Below the pieces are notes generated by a model. The model made no database searches. It saw only the letters and a list, made by a program, of their open reading frames with translations, and was not told the origin of the DNA. Positions 1 through 12,100 of a stretch of 64,000 bases of DNA are shown here, piece after piece. Each line of letters starts with the position of its first letter. The first letter of the stretch is position 1. Source of the DNA: Macrostomum lignano (Eukaryota); assembly GCA_002269645.1 (NCBI GenBank), contig NIVC01003153.1, forward strand, positions 52,346-116,345, in the 5' to 3' direction. Made by a program: the position numbers and the translations under genes.

Positions 1-113
1 TGCAGGCTAAATGCCACCGTCAGGAGCAGCGGGTCGGCTTTTTCTGGCAGCTTCCAGCCTGTCGGCATCAGCTCAGGCGGCAGGTCGGCGCCCAGACCGC
101 GAACCTCGCACAC
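1..113 (-). CDS. UBR1: UBR1/2-like exon 11 (partial)
   Basis: CAG acceptor at 116-114; open frame VCEVRGLGADLPPELMPTGWKLPEKADPLLLTVAFSL runs off the window edge. Confidence 0.75.
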   Translation of the reverse strand, partial: MCEVRGLGADLPPELMPTGWKLPEKADPLLLTVAFSL

Positions 114-3100
114 CTGGGTATAACAAATTAATATTTGCAGAATACTTCTGAAGCCAGCGCTGAGGCGAGTCTGCCTGACCCCGATGAATACGGTAACAGC
201 AGAGTCGTTGCAGGTAACACACAGGTAAAAATAGGAAAGAAGTGACTCTAGACGACTTGAAACCAACGATATATCACGGTAATAATATAATTATTATTTA
301 CACCTGCCTCAATAGGGCCAGATGAGCAACCGACAGCTCAGCCGCAGCTATTGCGCGGCGCATCTGAAGGCTGTGTACGGCTGTTCAGTCCAAGGACTGG
401 GGGGGGGGGTCGCCACACACCCTCAATTACCCCAGCTAATGCTGGCACCCATTTTACAGCTGGGTGAACTGAAGCAATGCAGAGTTAAGTGTCTCTTGCT
501 CAAGGACACAAATTGTTCCAGTGGGAACGAGAATCGAACCCCCGACCTTTCAGTCGTGAGTCCGATGCTCTAACTACTAGGCTACAACCCCATAATCACG
601 GTATAAGTCGCCAAAGAGTCGCCTAACAGTCAATTTGAAACGTATTATTGTCCGCGACTTCAAAACGACTCTGAGGCCGTAGAGTCGTACCTGAGGCGTG
701 CTGGGGTCGCTGCAGAATCACCGACTTGCGTCTAAAGCGGATCTGCGTCACTTGATGAATTAGAATCGCATTCATTTCGCATCTAAAGCAACTCTATTTA
801 GGTAGAAAGTCAATCGCTCTTAGACTCTTCCGACGACTTTAAGGCGACTCTTTTACGATTCTGCAACTCACGTGAGCCGCTCGTGACTCTTAATTGCATT
901 TTCAACGCTTGAGTCACCAGGCATGTACACTCCCTGTGCCTTGGGTGGGGGCTGTCCCTCTCTCATATGAGTGTGAATCGCAAGCCCCACATAAATGTGG
1001 CCTCACAAGTCATATCGAACAAAACTCGCGCATACCTTGGCCAAATTGTTCAGCGCGTGCGCAGCTTCGGCGCCGGGCCAGGAGTTGTCGTCGTGATTTT
1101 TTCTAAAAGCCACAACTCTAGACTCGGCGGCGGCTTGCGGCGGCCATTTTGGCAGGCCGGCTGCGACCCCGTCCCGGATGCTTGACAGCCAGCTGTCGAA
1201 GCGGCCGCTGTCAGCGTTGGCATCGAACTGGTGCTGCTGCTGCTCAGCTGAACACGGCAGGCTGGGGGCAACAGGCAGGGCGCAGTTGCACAGCTGCTGG
1301 CACAGAGGGCACAGGTAGCGGCTGCGGCCGAGCTCGCCGCCCCGGTTCACGTGCACATTAGACGGCGAGTCCATGAAGTCCGAATAGCAGGACCGGTGCA
1401 TGGCGTGGCCGCACGACGAGAAATGCGAGCCTTCCAATAGTTCGGCCTCGACAAAGCAGCCGGACCAGTCGGTGTCGCGGGACCGGCCTCGGTCCTGGCT
1501 GAGCACGGTGGAGCGCTGCACCAGTCCGGCTAGAAGCATGGGGTCCCTGGAGTCGGGCCGGTTGGCCTCCTGGCACAGCAGGCAGGTCAGGCCCGGCTGC
1601 GGCTCGTGCGCCACCGTGCGATTGGGGCCTGCGAAGATTGGGGTGGGGGAGGATGGTTTTGATTAATTTGCTATCTGCGCTACTATAAGTAGGCGATGGC
1701 CTAGCAATTTTTAATTTAGGTAATTTCGACTAGTAAATGTGAAATACCAGTTGAGGAATGTGAACTGCCGGAAAAGGAATGTGAAATGTTGATAAAGGAA
1801 TGTGAAATGTCGCTAAAGGAGTGTGAAATGTTGATAAAGGAGTGTGAAATGTTTATAAAGGAATGTGAAATGTTGATAAAGGAGTGTGAAATGTTGATAA
1901 AGGAGTGTGAAATGTTGATAAAGGAGTGTGAAATGTTGATAAAGGAGTGTGAAATGTTGATAAAGGAGTGTGAAATGTAGGTTAATAAATGTGAGAGGTT
2001 GGTGAGAAATGTGAAATGCCAGTACAGGTGAAGTGTCATAAAGACCGAAGCCCCCAGGCCTCACCAATAAGCGGTCCGTCGGACCGTCGACCAGCAGAAG
2101 TCGACTCTGTCGAATTCTCCGACGCTGTCGCTCCGCCGCTTTTATCGTCGGCCTGTTCAACCAAGTCGCCGTACTCGGCCAGGAAGTTCTTCTGCATTCG
2201 CATCATCTTGGCCATCAGGCGGTCCCGCCGATCCTGAGCCAGCTTCTGCTGCTGACGCCGACGAACCTCGGCCTCGGCGGCGTCCCTGGCCGCGTCCAGG
2301 CCGCCCGAGCCGCCACCGCCGACTTCTCCAGCCTCGTTGCCGCCACTTTCGCCGCCTTCGCCCTGACCGCTGCACAGTCGGCGAAGCCTCGCCAAAGTGT
2401 AGCCGTGCAGCTGCCTGACTGAGTCCATCGCCAGGCGCGATTTCGGCACCGATTCCATCGCCGACATCAAGCTGGCCTCGCCGATGCCAGACAGCACGCA
2501 GTCGAGAAATCGTCGATCGCCCCGACGTTGGTCTTCGTCAAGGCCTACTAGCATCAGGTAGAGGACTCGTTCCAGCTGCACCTCCGACCAATGCCGCTTC
2601 GAGCTGGCGCCGGCGTCCTTGGTTGCCTGGACAACGGCACGCATCAGGCCGAGCATGACGTCGCAGTGCAGCAATTCAACAATCGGCTGGTAGGCTGCGG
2701 CAAAGGCCAGCAGCTGCGGCGGCCGAACAATTGGCAGGTCGGCGGCTGGCGTAGCTGCCCGCCGTTTGGTCATGCTGTGCAGCGCCTTGGAGGTGGCCGA
2801 CTTGGCCAGGCGCGGGTAGAACGGATTGAACCGGCTGTAGTGCTGCTCGCGCAGGTGGAACTCGCCTTTGTTTTGGCCCTGACAGTGCAGGTTAGAAATA
2901 ATGTACATTCATTCTGTGTGTTAACTAGCTGGCCGTATCTTCGGTACTTCAGTGGGTACCCCTCAGGTATTTCAGCGGGTACCCTTCAGGTGTTTAAGCG
3001 GTTACCCCTCAGGTATTTCAGCGGGTACCCCTCAGGTGTTTAAGCGGTTACCCCTCAGGTATTTCAGCGGGTACCCCTCAGGTGTTTAAGCGGTTACCCC

Positions 3101-6100
3101 TCAGGTATTTCAGCGGGTACCCCTCAGGTGTTTAAGCGGTTACCCCTCAGGTATTTCAGCGGGTACCCCTCAGGTGTTTAAGCGGTTACCCCTCAGGTAT
3201 TTCAGCGGGTACCCCTCAGGTGTTTAAGCGGTTACCCCTCAGGTATTTCAGCGGGTACCCCTCAGGTGTTTAAGCGGTTACCCCTCAGGTATTTAAGCCG
3301 GTGCCCTCAGATACTTCAGCCGGTACCCTCAGATACTTCAGCCGGTACCCTCAGATACTTCAGCCGGTACCCTCAGATACTTCAGCCGGTACCCTCAGAT
3401 ACTTCAGCCGGTACCCTCAAGCACTTCAGCCGGTGCCCTCAGACACTGATTACGAAAAAGCCCACACTTATCGAGTCAAAGGTTGACACTCAGTTACTTT
3501 AACTCGCTACTGACAGTAGCAACTACGGAAAGCATAAAACCCAGACGCACCTGGACCCCCCGGAACTCGGCCAGCTTGTCAATAACTCCGTCCAATTTAG
3601 CAAAGCACTCCAGCTGCCTATCAGCCGCTGGCAATTTCCGCACTAAATCGTTAGCCAATCGCAGCAGTTTAGAATGCGACTGCGGCTCCGCAACCAGATG
3701 CTGCAACAAATCTTCTTCAACCATTTCCATAAAGGCTACAGACTGGCCAACGCCCGGCACTCTACGTTCGCACACCACATTGATGAGGCAGCGCAGCATC
3801 TCTTCAACAATAGACCGTTCGGCCTCATTGTCGTAGCGCTCGGCGGCAGATTCACTAGAACTCGCGGCTCCCAGAGTCCAGCGTTGCAATTCGAAAGCGT
3901 CCAGCAAGCGCAGTATGAACTGGTCTGGCGGCACCGTGGCAGCGGCCAGTTGCACCAGGTGCAGGTCTCTGAGGGACATGCCGACAGCGGCTGACTGGTG
4001 GCTGCTGTACTGCAGGTTCACATTCATCAGGGCCAAGCCGTTGCGTTTCCACAGGCCGGCGGCGATCTGGGCTGACCAAGCCAGCTGCCTGGCGGATGTC
4101 AGCCAGGCGATCTCGAAGCCCGGCCGGTTGGCCAGCAGCTCCAGCTGACGGCGGCACTGCGGCGAAGCCTCGTGATTGGCCATGGTGCAGGCCAGCAGTG
4201 AGTCCAGGAATCTGAGTAGGGGTGATGGAGAAACTTGTGGCAGTGAGATTCTGAGATGGGAGATTTCCAACAGTTTTTGAGCAGTGAGATTCTGAGATGG
4301 GAGATTTCCAACAGTTTTTGAGCAGTGAGATTCTGAGATGGGAGATTTCCAACAGTTTTTGAGCAGTGAGATTCTGAGATGGGAGATTTCCAACAGTTTT
4401 TGAGCAGTGAGATTCTGAGATGGGAGATTTCCAACAGTTTTTCAGCAGTGAGATTCTGAGATGGGAGATTTCTAACAGTTTTTGAGCAGTGAGATTCTGA
4501 GATGGGAGATTTCCAACAGTTTTTGAGCAGTGAGATTCTGAGATGGGAGATTTCCAACAGTTTTTCAGCAGTGAGATTCTGAGATGGGAGATTTCCAACA
4601 GTTTTTCAGCAGTGAGATTCTGAGATGGGAGATTTCTAACAGTTTTTGAGCAGTGAGATTCTGAGATGGGAGATTTCCAGCAGTTTTTGAGCAGTGAGAT
4701 TCTGAGATGGGAGATTTCTAACAGTTTTTGAGCAGTGAGATTCTGAGATGGGAGATTTCTAACAGTTTTTGAGCAGTGAGATTCTGAGATGGGAGATTTC
4801 CAACAGTTTTTGAGCAGTGAGATTCTGAGATGGGAGATTTCTAACAGTTTTTGAGCAGTGAGATTCTGAGATATCAGATTTCCAACAGTTTTTGAGCAGT
4901 GAGATTCTGAGCTGGGACACTTCAAACAGTGAGATTTTAAAGTTTGAGACTTTGATTAAATAGAGATAAAGAAGATCGAAAGTGAGATTTCAAACAAAGA
5001 CTACAAAGAGTCTCACCTGACCAGCGGTTGAAAGTGCGAAATGAACACCCGGCCGGACATGAGAGGAGCCAGCGCTCTCCCGGACAGCACGTGTCCGGCC
5101 AGACGGACTCTCTGTCCGGAATCGGCCAAGAAATTGGCACTGAGAGGCGGTTTCTGTTCAATAGCGTCGAGCACCTTGCCCAGTATAGTTGAGAACACGC
5201 TCTCATCTCTAGACAGGAACTCAGCCAGCAGGTGGTTCTGGTACATTGAGGACAGGAAGAAGATAAACGGCATCTCCCATTCGAAGTCGAAGCCGATGTG
5301 GCCAACAATGTAGCGCCTGGCGCAGCAGGTGTCCTGGAACAGGCTGTACACCTGCAGGAAGCTTGGCAGAGCCTCGTTAATTGCCGCGAAAAAGTTCGGC
5401 TCCAGTTGTTCGAAGTCGTTATGCAGCAGGTATTCGATATCGCGCACCAGGTGCAAGCTGCGATTCCAGCGCGAGAACGGCATTCGGTCATCTTCGCTGA
5501 ACTTCAGTAACTGCCGGCCAGACTCTTGATGCTGCTGGACCGAGCGTTGCAGCACCGACTTGATGAGAATGTCCACCAGAATCTTCAGGGCCTTCTGCTC
5601 CGTGATCAGGTACATCGCCTGCGGTAATCATGTTCAGTAATTAACGGTAAAATTAAAACATAGTCCTATTTGTACGTGCTTGCGTTTGGGGGGTGGTTGT
5701 TTGCAACGTGCGGCTGCGCCCGTGTGTGTGCAACACCCAAACCCCACCTCAATCTTCGGCTTATAAAATATATCGATTGTCAGGCCTGAGCGCCAAGTCG
5801 GTTTTCTCACAATCTCAAACCTCGCTCGTTTTACACTGGTGGCAGCGATGGACTCAACTCACACAAGTGAAAATAATGCTGCTTTGCTACCGCCGAAATT
5901 CTCCGGCCAGTCAAACGTGCACAAATGGCTCAGTGTCTTCGAAGACTTTGTAGAGGACAAAGGCTGGGACGACGCACAATCTGCTTCGAAGCTGAAGCTC
6001 CTGCTGCATGGTAAAGCCCAGATATGCGTTTGGGATCTGCCGGAGGCTGATAGGAAAAGCTACAAAAAGATAAAAGAGGTGCTACAAAAGCAGCCAGCCA

Positions 6101-9100
6101 GCATCGCGCCATGGAAGAGTTCCAAGATCGACGGAGAAACAGCGCAGAGACCCTGCGAGAGCTTTCGTACTCCTTGAGGCTGCTGTACATGACAGCACGG
6201 CCTGATGACTCCTCGGCGCTGCGAGATCGTGAGGTGAAATTTCGAATAATTCAGCTGATGACTGCGGACATACGCGACACCCTGCTCAAGGACAGGGACC
6301 TGGACTCCTGCACGCTGGAGGAGCTGGTCGAGCGGGCCACGAGGCTGGAGCAAATCGCGAGCAAATGCAAACCAGGCAACTCGCCCGCAGTGGCGATGGT
6401 TGACGATCGACTGGCACGGCTGGAGCAGCAGCTGGAGACCCTGACGGCTGCGGTGACGAGGGGCGGCAGCGCGAGAGGACGCGGTGGCGGCAGGCCGAGA
6501 GATCAGCAGCAGCGGTCATCAGGCTGCTTTCGGTGCGGTAAGGAAGCACGCGAAGGCGTATTCAGCATGCCAGTGAAGTATGAGACAGACTAGGCCTACG
6601 AGCTAAGGTCTGCGATGCTTCACGCCTGCCCCCATCTTCAGCAGGTCAAGGCTGGTGGGAGGTCTGCACCCTCTATTTGCCTCTGGCAGCCGCAGACTCC
6701 CCCACGCTGTCTCGCAAGTCGACCCAGGGGTACTCGTCCCGCGTGTGTTCAAGGCAGACCCTAGGGCTGCTGGACAGACTGGGCTCCGGCGCTGGCGACC
6801 CTATCCAGTGGCTTCGGCCGAATTTGGGTATGCGGGTCTGGCTCACCAGCCTGCAGGCCGTGGTACTGCTTAACGTACCCTCTAATGCCTAAGGTGTTTG
6901 ACCGTGCCGATGGGCTGGAAGGCCGGGGAGTAGTCCGGTCGCTAGCGGTCCTTTTTTCAAACCGGCTGGCTTGAGGTGTCGGCCAGTCGGGTACTCAACT
7001 CGCATAACGAGTAGCCCTCCCCCGCTTTTCAGCTATGGCCACTAACGCCACCATCTCTAAAGAAACTGACCCGGTCGCCTCTGGCTCACCGGGATCAGCC
7101 GCTCCGGTAGCTACCACTGGTAGCACCAACGCCCAACCTGGTCCAACCGGGCCAGCTGACGCTGCCGCCGATCACCCTGGCCGCCAGTCTAGCCGACCGC
7201 GCACGGCCGAGTCTCGACGACAGCGGAACATCCGCCGCAACCGTAAGCGGCAGGAGAAGCGGGCTGCTGCTGCGTCTGAGGAGGGCGGGCAAGCCGCGGT
7301 GAGGCCTTCGGGAGCCACCGCAGCGGGGAGGCCCTCTGGGGAGTCCGGTGGCGCGGCTGGGCCGTCAGGAACCGCCGTGTCCTCGGGCTCTCAGGGGGGC
7401 AACCCTGCCGGCCTACCGCCTTCCAAAGACAAAGCGGCCCCGCTCAAGACCTCCGAGTCCTACGCGTCCAAGGTCAAGCAGCCGCTGCAACCCACCGTGA
7501 TGATCCTCGGCGGGGATTTCGACCTGACGCCCGAGCAGCTCGACGTCGCGTGGCGTACCATCGACGAGGGCTTGCTCAATCTAACCCTGGAGGGCGTCTT
7601 CGTGGACATCGTCAAGTCCACCAAGGCGAACGGGTGCATCCTACTGTGGTGCAAATCCGAGGAGAGCACCCAGCTCCTGCGGGATCAGCTGCCCAAGTTC
7701 GACTGGCACAGCGACCTGGGCCAGCTGACCTTCGCCTTGGAGAGCGAGCGGCCGAAGACCATCCGCCATCGGATTTGGGTCCCGGCCGACAGTGCAATCA
7801 AGTCCGGGGAGCAGCTGCGGCAGCTCCTGCTCAAGCGGCACCCGGATCTCGACGCCAGTGGTCTTGTGTACCACAGCACGGTCCGCAAGGGCACGACCGG
7901 GGCCACAGTCATCCTCGGCCTGACGGAGGGATGGGCCAAGCGGCTACCGCACGGCACAAACCTCCACCTTGGTCTCCATCAACTGACCATCCTCCGCTGT
8001 GAGGAGGGCAAGGTGGAGACCAAGAAAGACGGGAAGCGCGCCGCTCCCGGAGCTGGGGCTCATGCCCCGCCGGCCAAGCGGCAGCAGCAACCCGATCCCG
8101 AGCCTAACAAGGCTATTCGCGCTGCTGAGTCCGCCTCGCGCGGACGTAGACCCGCCCGCAGTAGCCGGCGGTCCGGTCTAATCCAGCGCGCACTTGACGA
8201 AGCTCAGTCTCTGAGACTTCACCTCGAGCAGACTCGTGCCGCTCGCAAAAACACTGAAAGCCAGCCGAGGGAACTGGACGACGGCACGGCTCAGCCTTCC
8301 AACTGGTGGGATTACCACCAGGAGGACGCTGCCGGCCGAGCTCAGACTCCCGACGGCGGGGCGCAAGGCGAAGGCAGCAGCCGTACCCCAGTCGCTGGGG
8401 AGGAGGGCGGTGTAGCGCGGCTAGGTGACTCACCTGCCGTGGGCGCCGTGTCCGCCTCCGCGGCGGCTGGGGAGGCGGCTGAGCCTGAGCCAATGGAAAT
8501 TGGCGACTCAACTCTCACCGATGAGGCTGAGAATGAGTTGCTTTTCTCCTCCCCTGGACAGTAGACATGACTGTCTCCCAGGGCATCCACTGCTTGCAGG
8601 TCAACCTGCAGCACAGCATTGCTGCTTCAGTCAACCTCTTGAAGCACACTGACCAATACGTGCCAGGGATTATCCTTATCCAGGAACCTTGGACGCTTAG
8701 GGGCAGCCCCCAACATGTCCCCACCGGCTACCAGTGTTTAACCGCTGGTACCCGGGAGGGAAACCTGGCACCAAGATCCTGCATCATGGTGTCCAGTTCT
8801 ATTAACGCATGGCTCAGATCAGACCTGTCCACCAGGGACATCTGTGTCATCCAGTCTGAAGACATACTCCCTGGGAGGACTACCCTCATCGCCTCGGTTT
8901 ACCTACCGGGCGACGGCGAGATGATCCCAGTAGAGCTTGTCACACTGGTCGAGCTCTGCTCCACCAGAAACTATGAGCTGCTCGTGGCAGGTGACATCAA
9001 TGCCCACCACACCCACTGGGGCAGTTCTGATATAAACCAGAGAGGTGAAGACTTCCTGGCTTATATTGCTACTACAACCCTTGAGTTCTGTAACTCGGGT

Positions 9101-12100
9101 AGTACCCCTACCTTCAATAACGGACGCCGATCGGAGGTGCTGGATGCCACCCTCGCCACGCCCAGGCTCTTCCGGAGCACTAGGGAGTGGCGGGTGCTTC
9201 CTGAGGCGTCCCTCTCCGATCACAAGTTCATCTCTTTCACGCTGGCCAGCGCCCGTAACGCAGGCCAGCTTTACTGGAAACGGAATGCTAGGAATACCGA
9301 CTGGACCGCCTTCAGGCTTGCCCTGGAGGAGACCTATCGTTGCACTAGCACTCCAGTCTCCATCAACACCTGCGAAGAAGCAGATGAATTTGCGGCCGCA
9401 CTTACGGACTCGCTCACTGCTGCCTTCGAAGCCTCATGCCCACTAAAGGCATATAAAGGCAAACAGTCGGCCCCATGGTGGAACCCGCAGCTTGGCGACC
9501 TCCGTCGCAGAACCAAAAGGCTTCACCGCAGGGCCCAAAAAACTAAAAACCCGGCCGACCAAACCGCCTACCTGAACTCTATCCACGAGTTCAAGAGGCA
9601 GGTTAGGAACGCCAAAACCAACAAGTGGCGCGAATACTGTGAGGAACTTGAGGGCTCCCGCCCCACCTCCAGAATCGTTAAAGCCCTCACCCTGGACAAA
9701 ATGTCCAAACTCTCCTCAGTCAAGAGAGCCGACGGCTCGCTCACTGAGAACCCAGGAGAAACACTGGAAGCGATGCTAACAGCGTTTTTCCCGAACGAGC
9801 CAGCTAGGCCCGACCCCCCTGACCACTCAGTGGGCGGTCACGTACTGGCTGACTCAATCATCACGGAGGACCGCGTTACTAAAGCTGTCTCCTCCTTCAA
9901 ACCCTTCAAATCCCCAGGACCGGACGGCGTTGTGCCAGCCTTCCTGCGGGAGGCGGTGAAATGCACCGGTTTCCTGCGGAACCTTTGCCGGCTTCTGAAA
10001 GCTTGCATTGTGCTCGGCTTTGTTCCGAAATCCTGGACCGAGGCCAAGGTGGTCTTTATCCCCAAGCCTGGCCGACCGGACTACCGGTCCATTAAATCCT
10101 TCAGACCAATTAGCCTCACCTCCTCATTGGTGAAGCTGTTAGAGAGACTGGTGCTCTGGCGCCTCCTCTCTGTGGAACTGAAGAACAAGCCGCTCAGTGA
10201 GAACCAGCATGCCTTTCGGGCAGGCAGGTCCACGGAGAGCGCGCTTCACGTTCTGGTTGACATGCTGGAGAAAGCCGTTCTTGGTAATGGCTACGCTCTC
10301 GCTGTCTTCCTCGACATTGTTGGAGCCTTTGATAATGTCCTCTTTGAGGCTTTTGACAGAGCTCTACGTGCTAGAGGAACCCACTCGCACCTCACCCGGT
10401 GGATCATGTATATGATCAGCCACCGTACTGCCACCGCACACCTGTTGGGCCACCAACGGACGGTAACCGTCTGCAAAGGCAGCCCCCAGGGCGGTGTCCT
10501 CTCTCCAGTTCTCTGGAACATGGTCATCGATGAGCTCCTCCAGGACAGCCATCTTGACCCCATCCTCAAGGTCGGTTACGCCGATGATGTCACTGCCGTG
10601 GCATCCGGACCGTCACCTGAAACCCTTAGAGATCTTTTGCAAAACTTCATTCGCTCTGCTGAACGTTGGGCGGACAGGTGCGGCCTCAGGCTCTCCGAGA
10701 CCAAAACTGTCGCGATCATGTTCACCAGCAGGGTAAACTGGCGTATTCGCCCACTAAAGCTTTACGGGGTGGAAATTCCATCCTGCAAGCAAACCAAGTG
10801 TCTCGGCGTTACGTGGACCACCGGCTGAGCTGGTCCACCCACGTCCAGGCCAAAACCAAAAAAGCCCTCGCGATTCTTGCGCAGCTGCGCAGAGCCGTCG
10901 GCACCACCTGGGGCCTCACCCCAAAGCGTCTCTGGTGGATCTATACCGCAATGGTCCGACCGGCCGTTACTTACGCCGGCCTGGTCTGGACCAGCGCCTT
11001 GCAGATTAAAACCTGCCACGAAGCCCTCAAAAAGGTGCAGGGACGTGCGTGCCGCATGATCCTGAATGCCCCGCTCTCTGCTCCTTTGACGGCCTCAACG
11101 CCTTTCTCTGCCTCCCGCCTCTGGACATCTTTGCCCGTCGCGAGGCTGCTAAAACCACCCGCCGGCTCATCGAGGCTGGTGTTAGCTTCAAGCCACAAAG
11201 AGCGATGGCGAAGCGCAAGCTCCTGCCGCACTCTGATCTGTGCCTTAAAGTTCTGGAGGAGAGTGGGAGTGCGGCTGTCCTTTCGGACGCTGAGCCGCGC
11301 TCCCTCAATCTCTACCAACGCTTCAAGGTCACGATCCCCTCCAGGGAGAACGCCAACGACAGCTGGGCCCCTCAGGAGGTTCACTGCTTCACTGACGGAT
11401 CCTCCAAAGACGGTTTATCCGGCTTTGGAGTCTGTATCCTTATCAACGGCCGCGTGATTGCTACTCACGCCCAACACACTGGCAGACTCTCCAGCGTCTT
11501 CCAGAATGAAGTCCTTGCCATCAGCTCCTGTGCAGCTGAGCTCCACTGCAGGGACTTCAAGGACAGAAGAATCTTCTTCCACTCTGACAGCCAGGCCGCT
11601 TTACAGGCCCTGTGTCACACCACTACGAACTCCCGAACAGTCCGCGACTGTATCGGGCAGCTCAACAAGCTGGCTCGGAGAAACACCGTCCGGCTCACGT
11701 GGATTCCAGGACACGCCGGTTTCAAAGGTAACGAGCTCGCTGACTCCCTCGCTAAGGCGGGCTGTTCCGGCTCGCCCCTTGGCCCCGTGCCCCTGGCCCC
11801 CATCCCCGCCACAGTCATTAATCGTCAGATTAACGACTGGGCGGACATCCTGCACTTGCGCAGATGGGATGGTATCTCCAACTGCCGCCAATCTCGTGCG
11901 GCAGTGCCCAATCCGTCCCTCAAGCTGCGGAGAATCCTTTTGAATCAAAATCGAAAAGATATCCGCGCTCTCACTATGACCTTCACAGGTCACGGTTGCT
12001 TTGCCAGGCACTGCTTCCTCCGATGTGTTCGCCGGAGTGAACTCTGCCCCTTCTGCAGCCTCGAGAATGAAGATGCCAAGCACTTCGTCTGCTACTGCCC

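Noticed and set aside
522-592. tRNA-like sequence (anticodon-like CAC) on the minus strand
   Set aside because: It is the head of the CORE-SINE (continues into the CORE domain, flanked by a TSD), and the acceptor stem is not intact.
196-892. GAGTC/GACTC-rich, partly palindromic sequence around the SINE
   Set aside because: Possibly a decayed MITE, but I could not define terminal inverted repeats or a TSD.
4240-4911. Regular 22-42-bp arrays (here and at 23448, 46476, 48100) could suggest CRISPR
   Set aside because: Units are head-to-tail with no unique spacers, there are no cas genes, and the context is eukaryotic.
6768-6830. Second possible HDV-like fold (GCTGGA/TCCAGT, GGC-UUCG-GCC, CGAA)
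   Set aside because: No consistent P2/P3 can be built, and it does not coincide with the element's 5' end.
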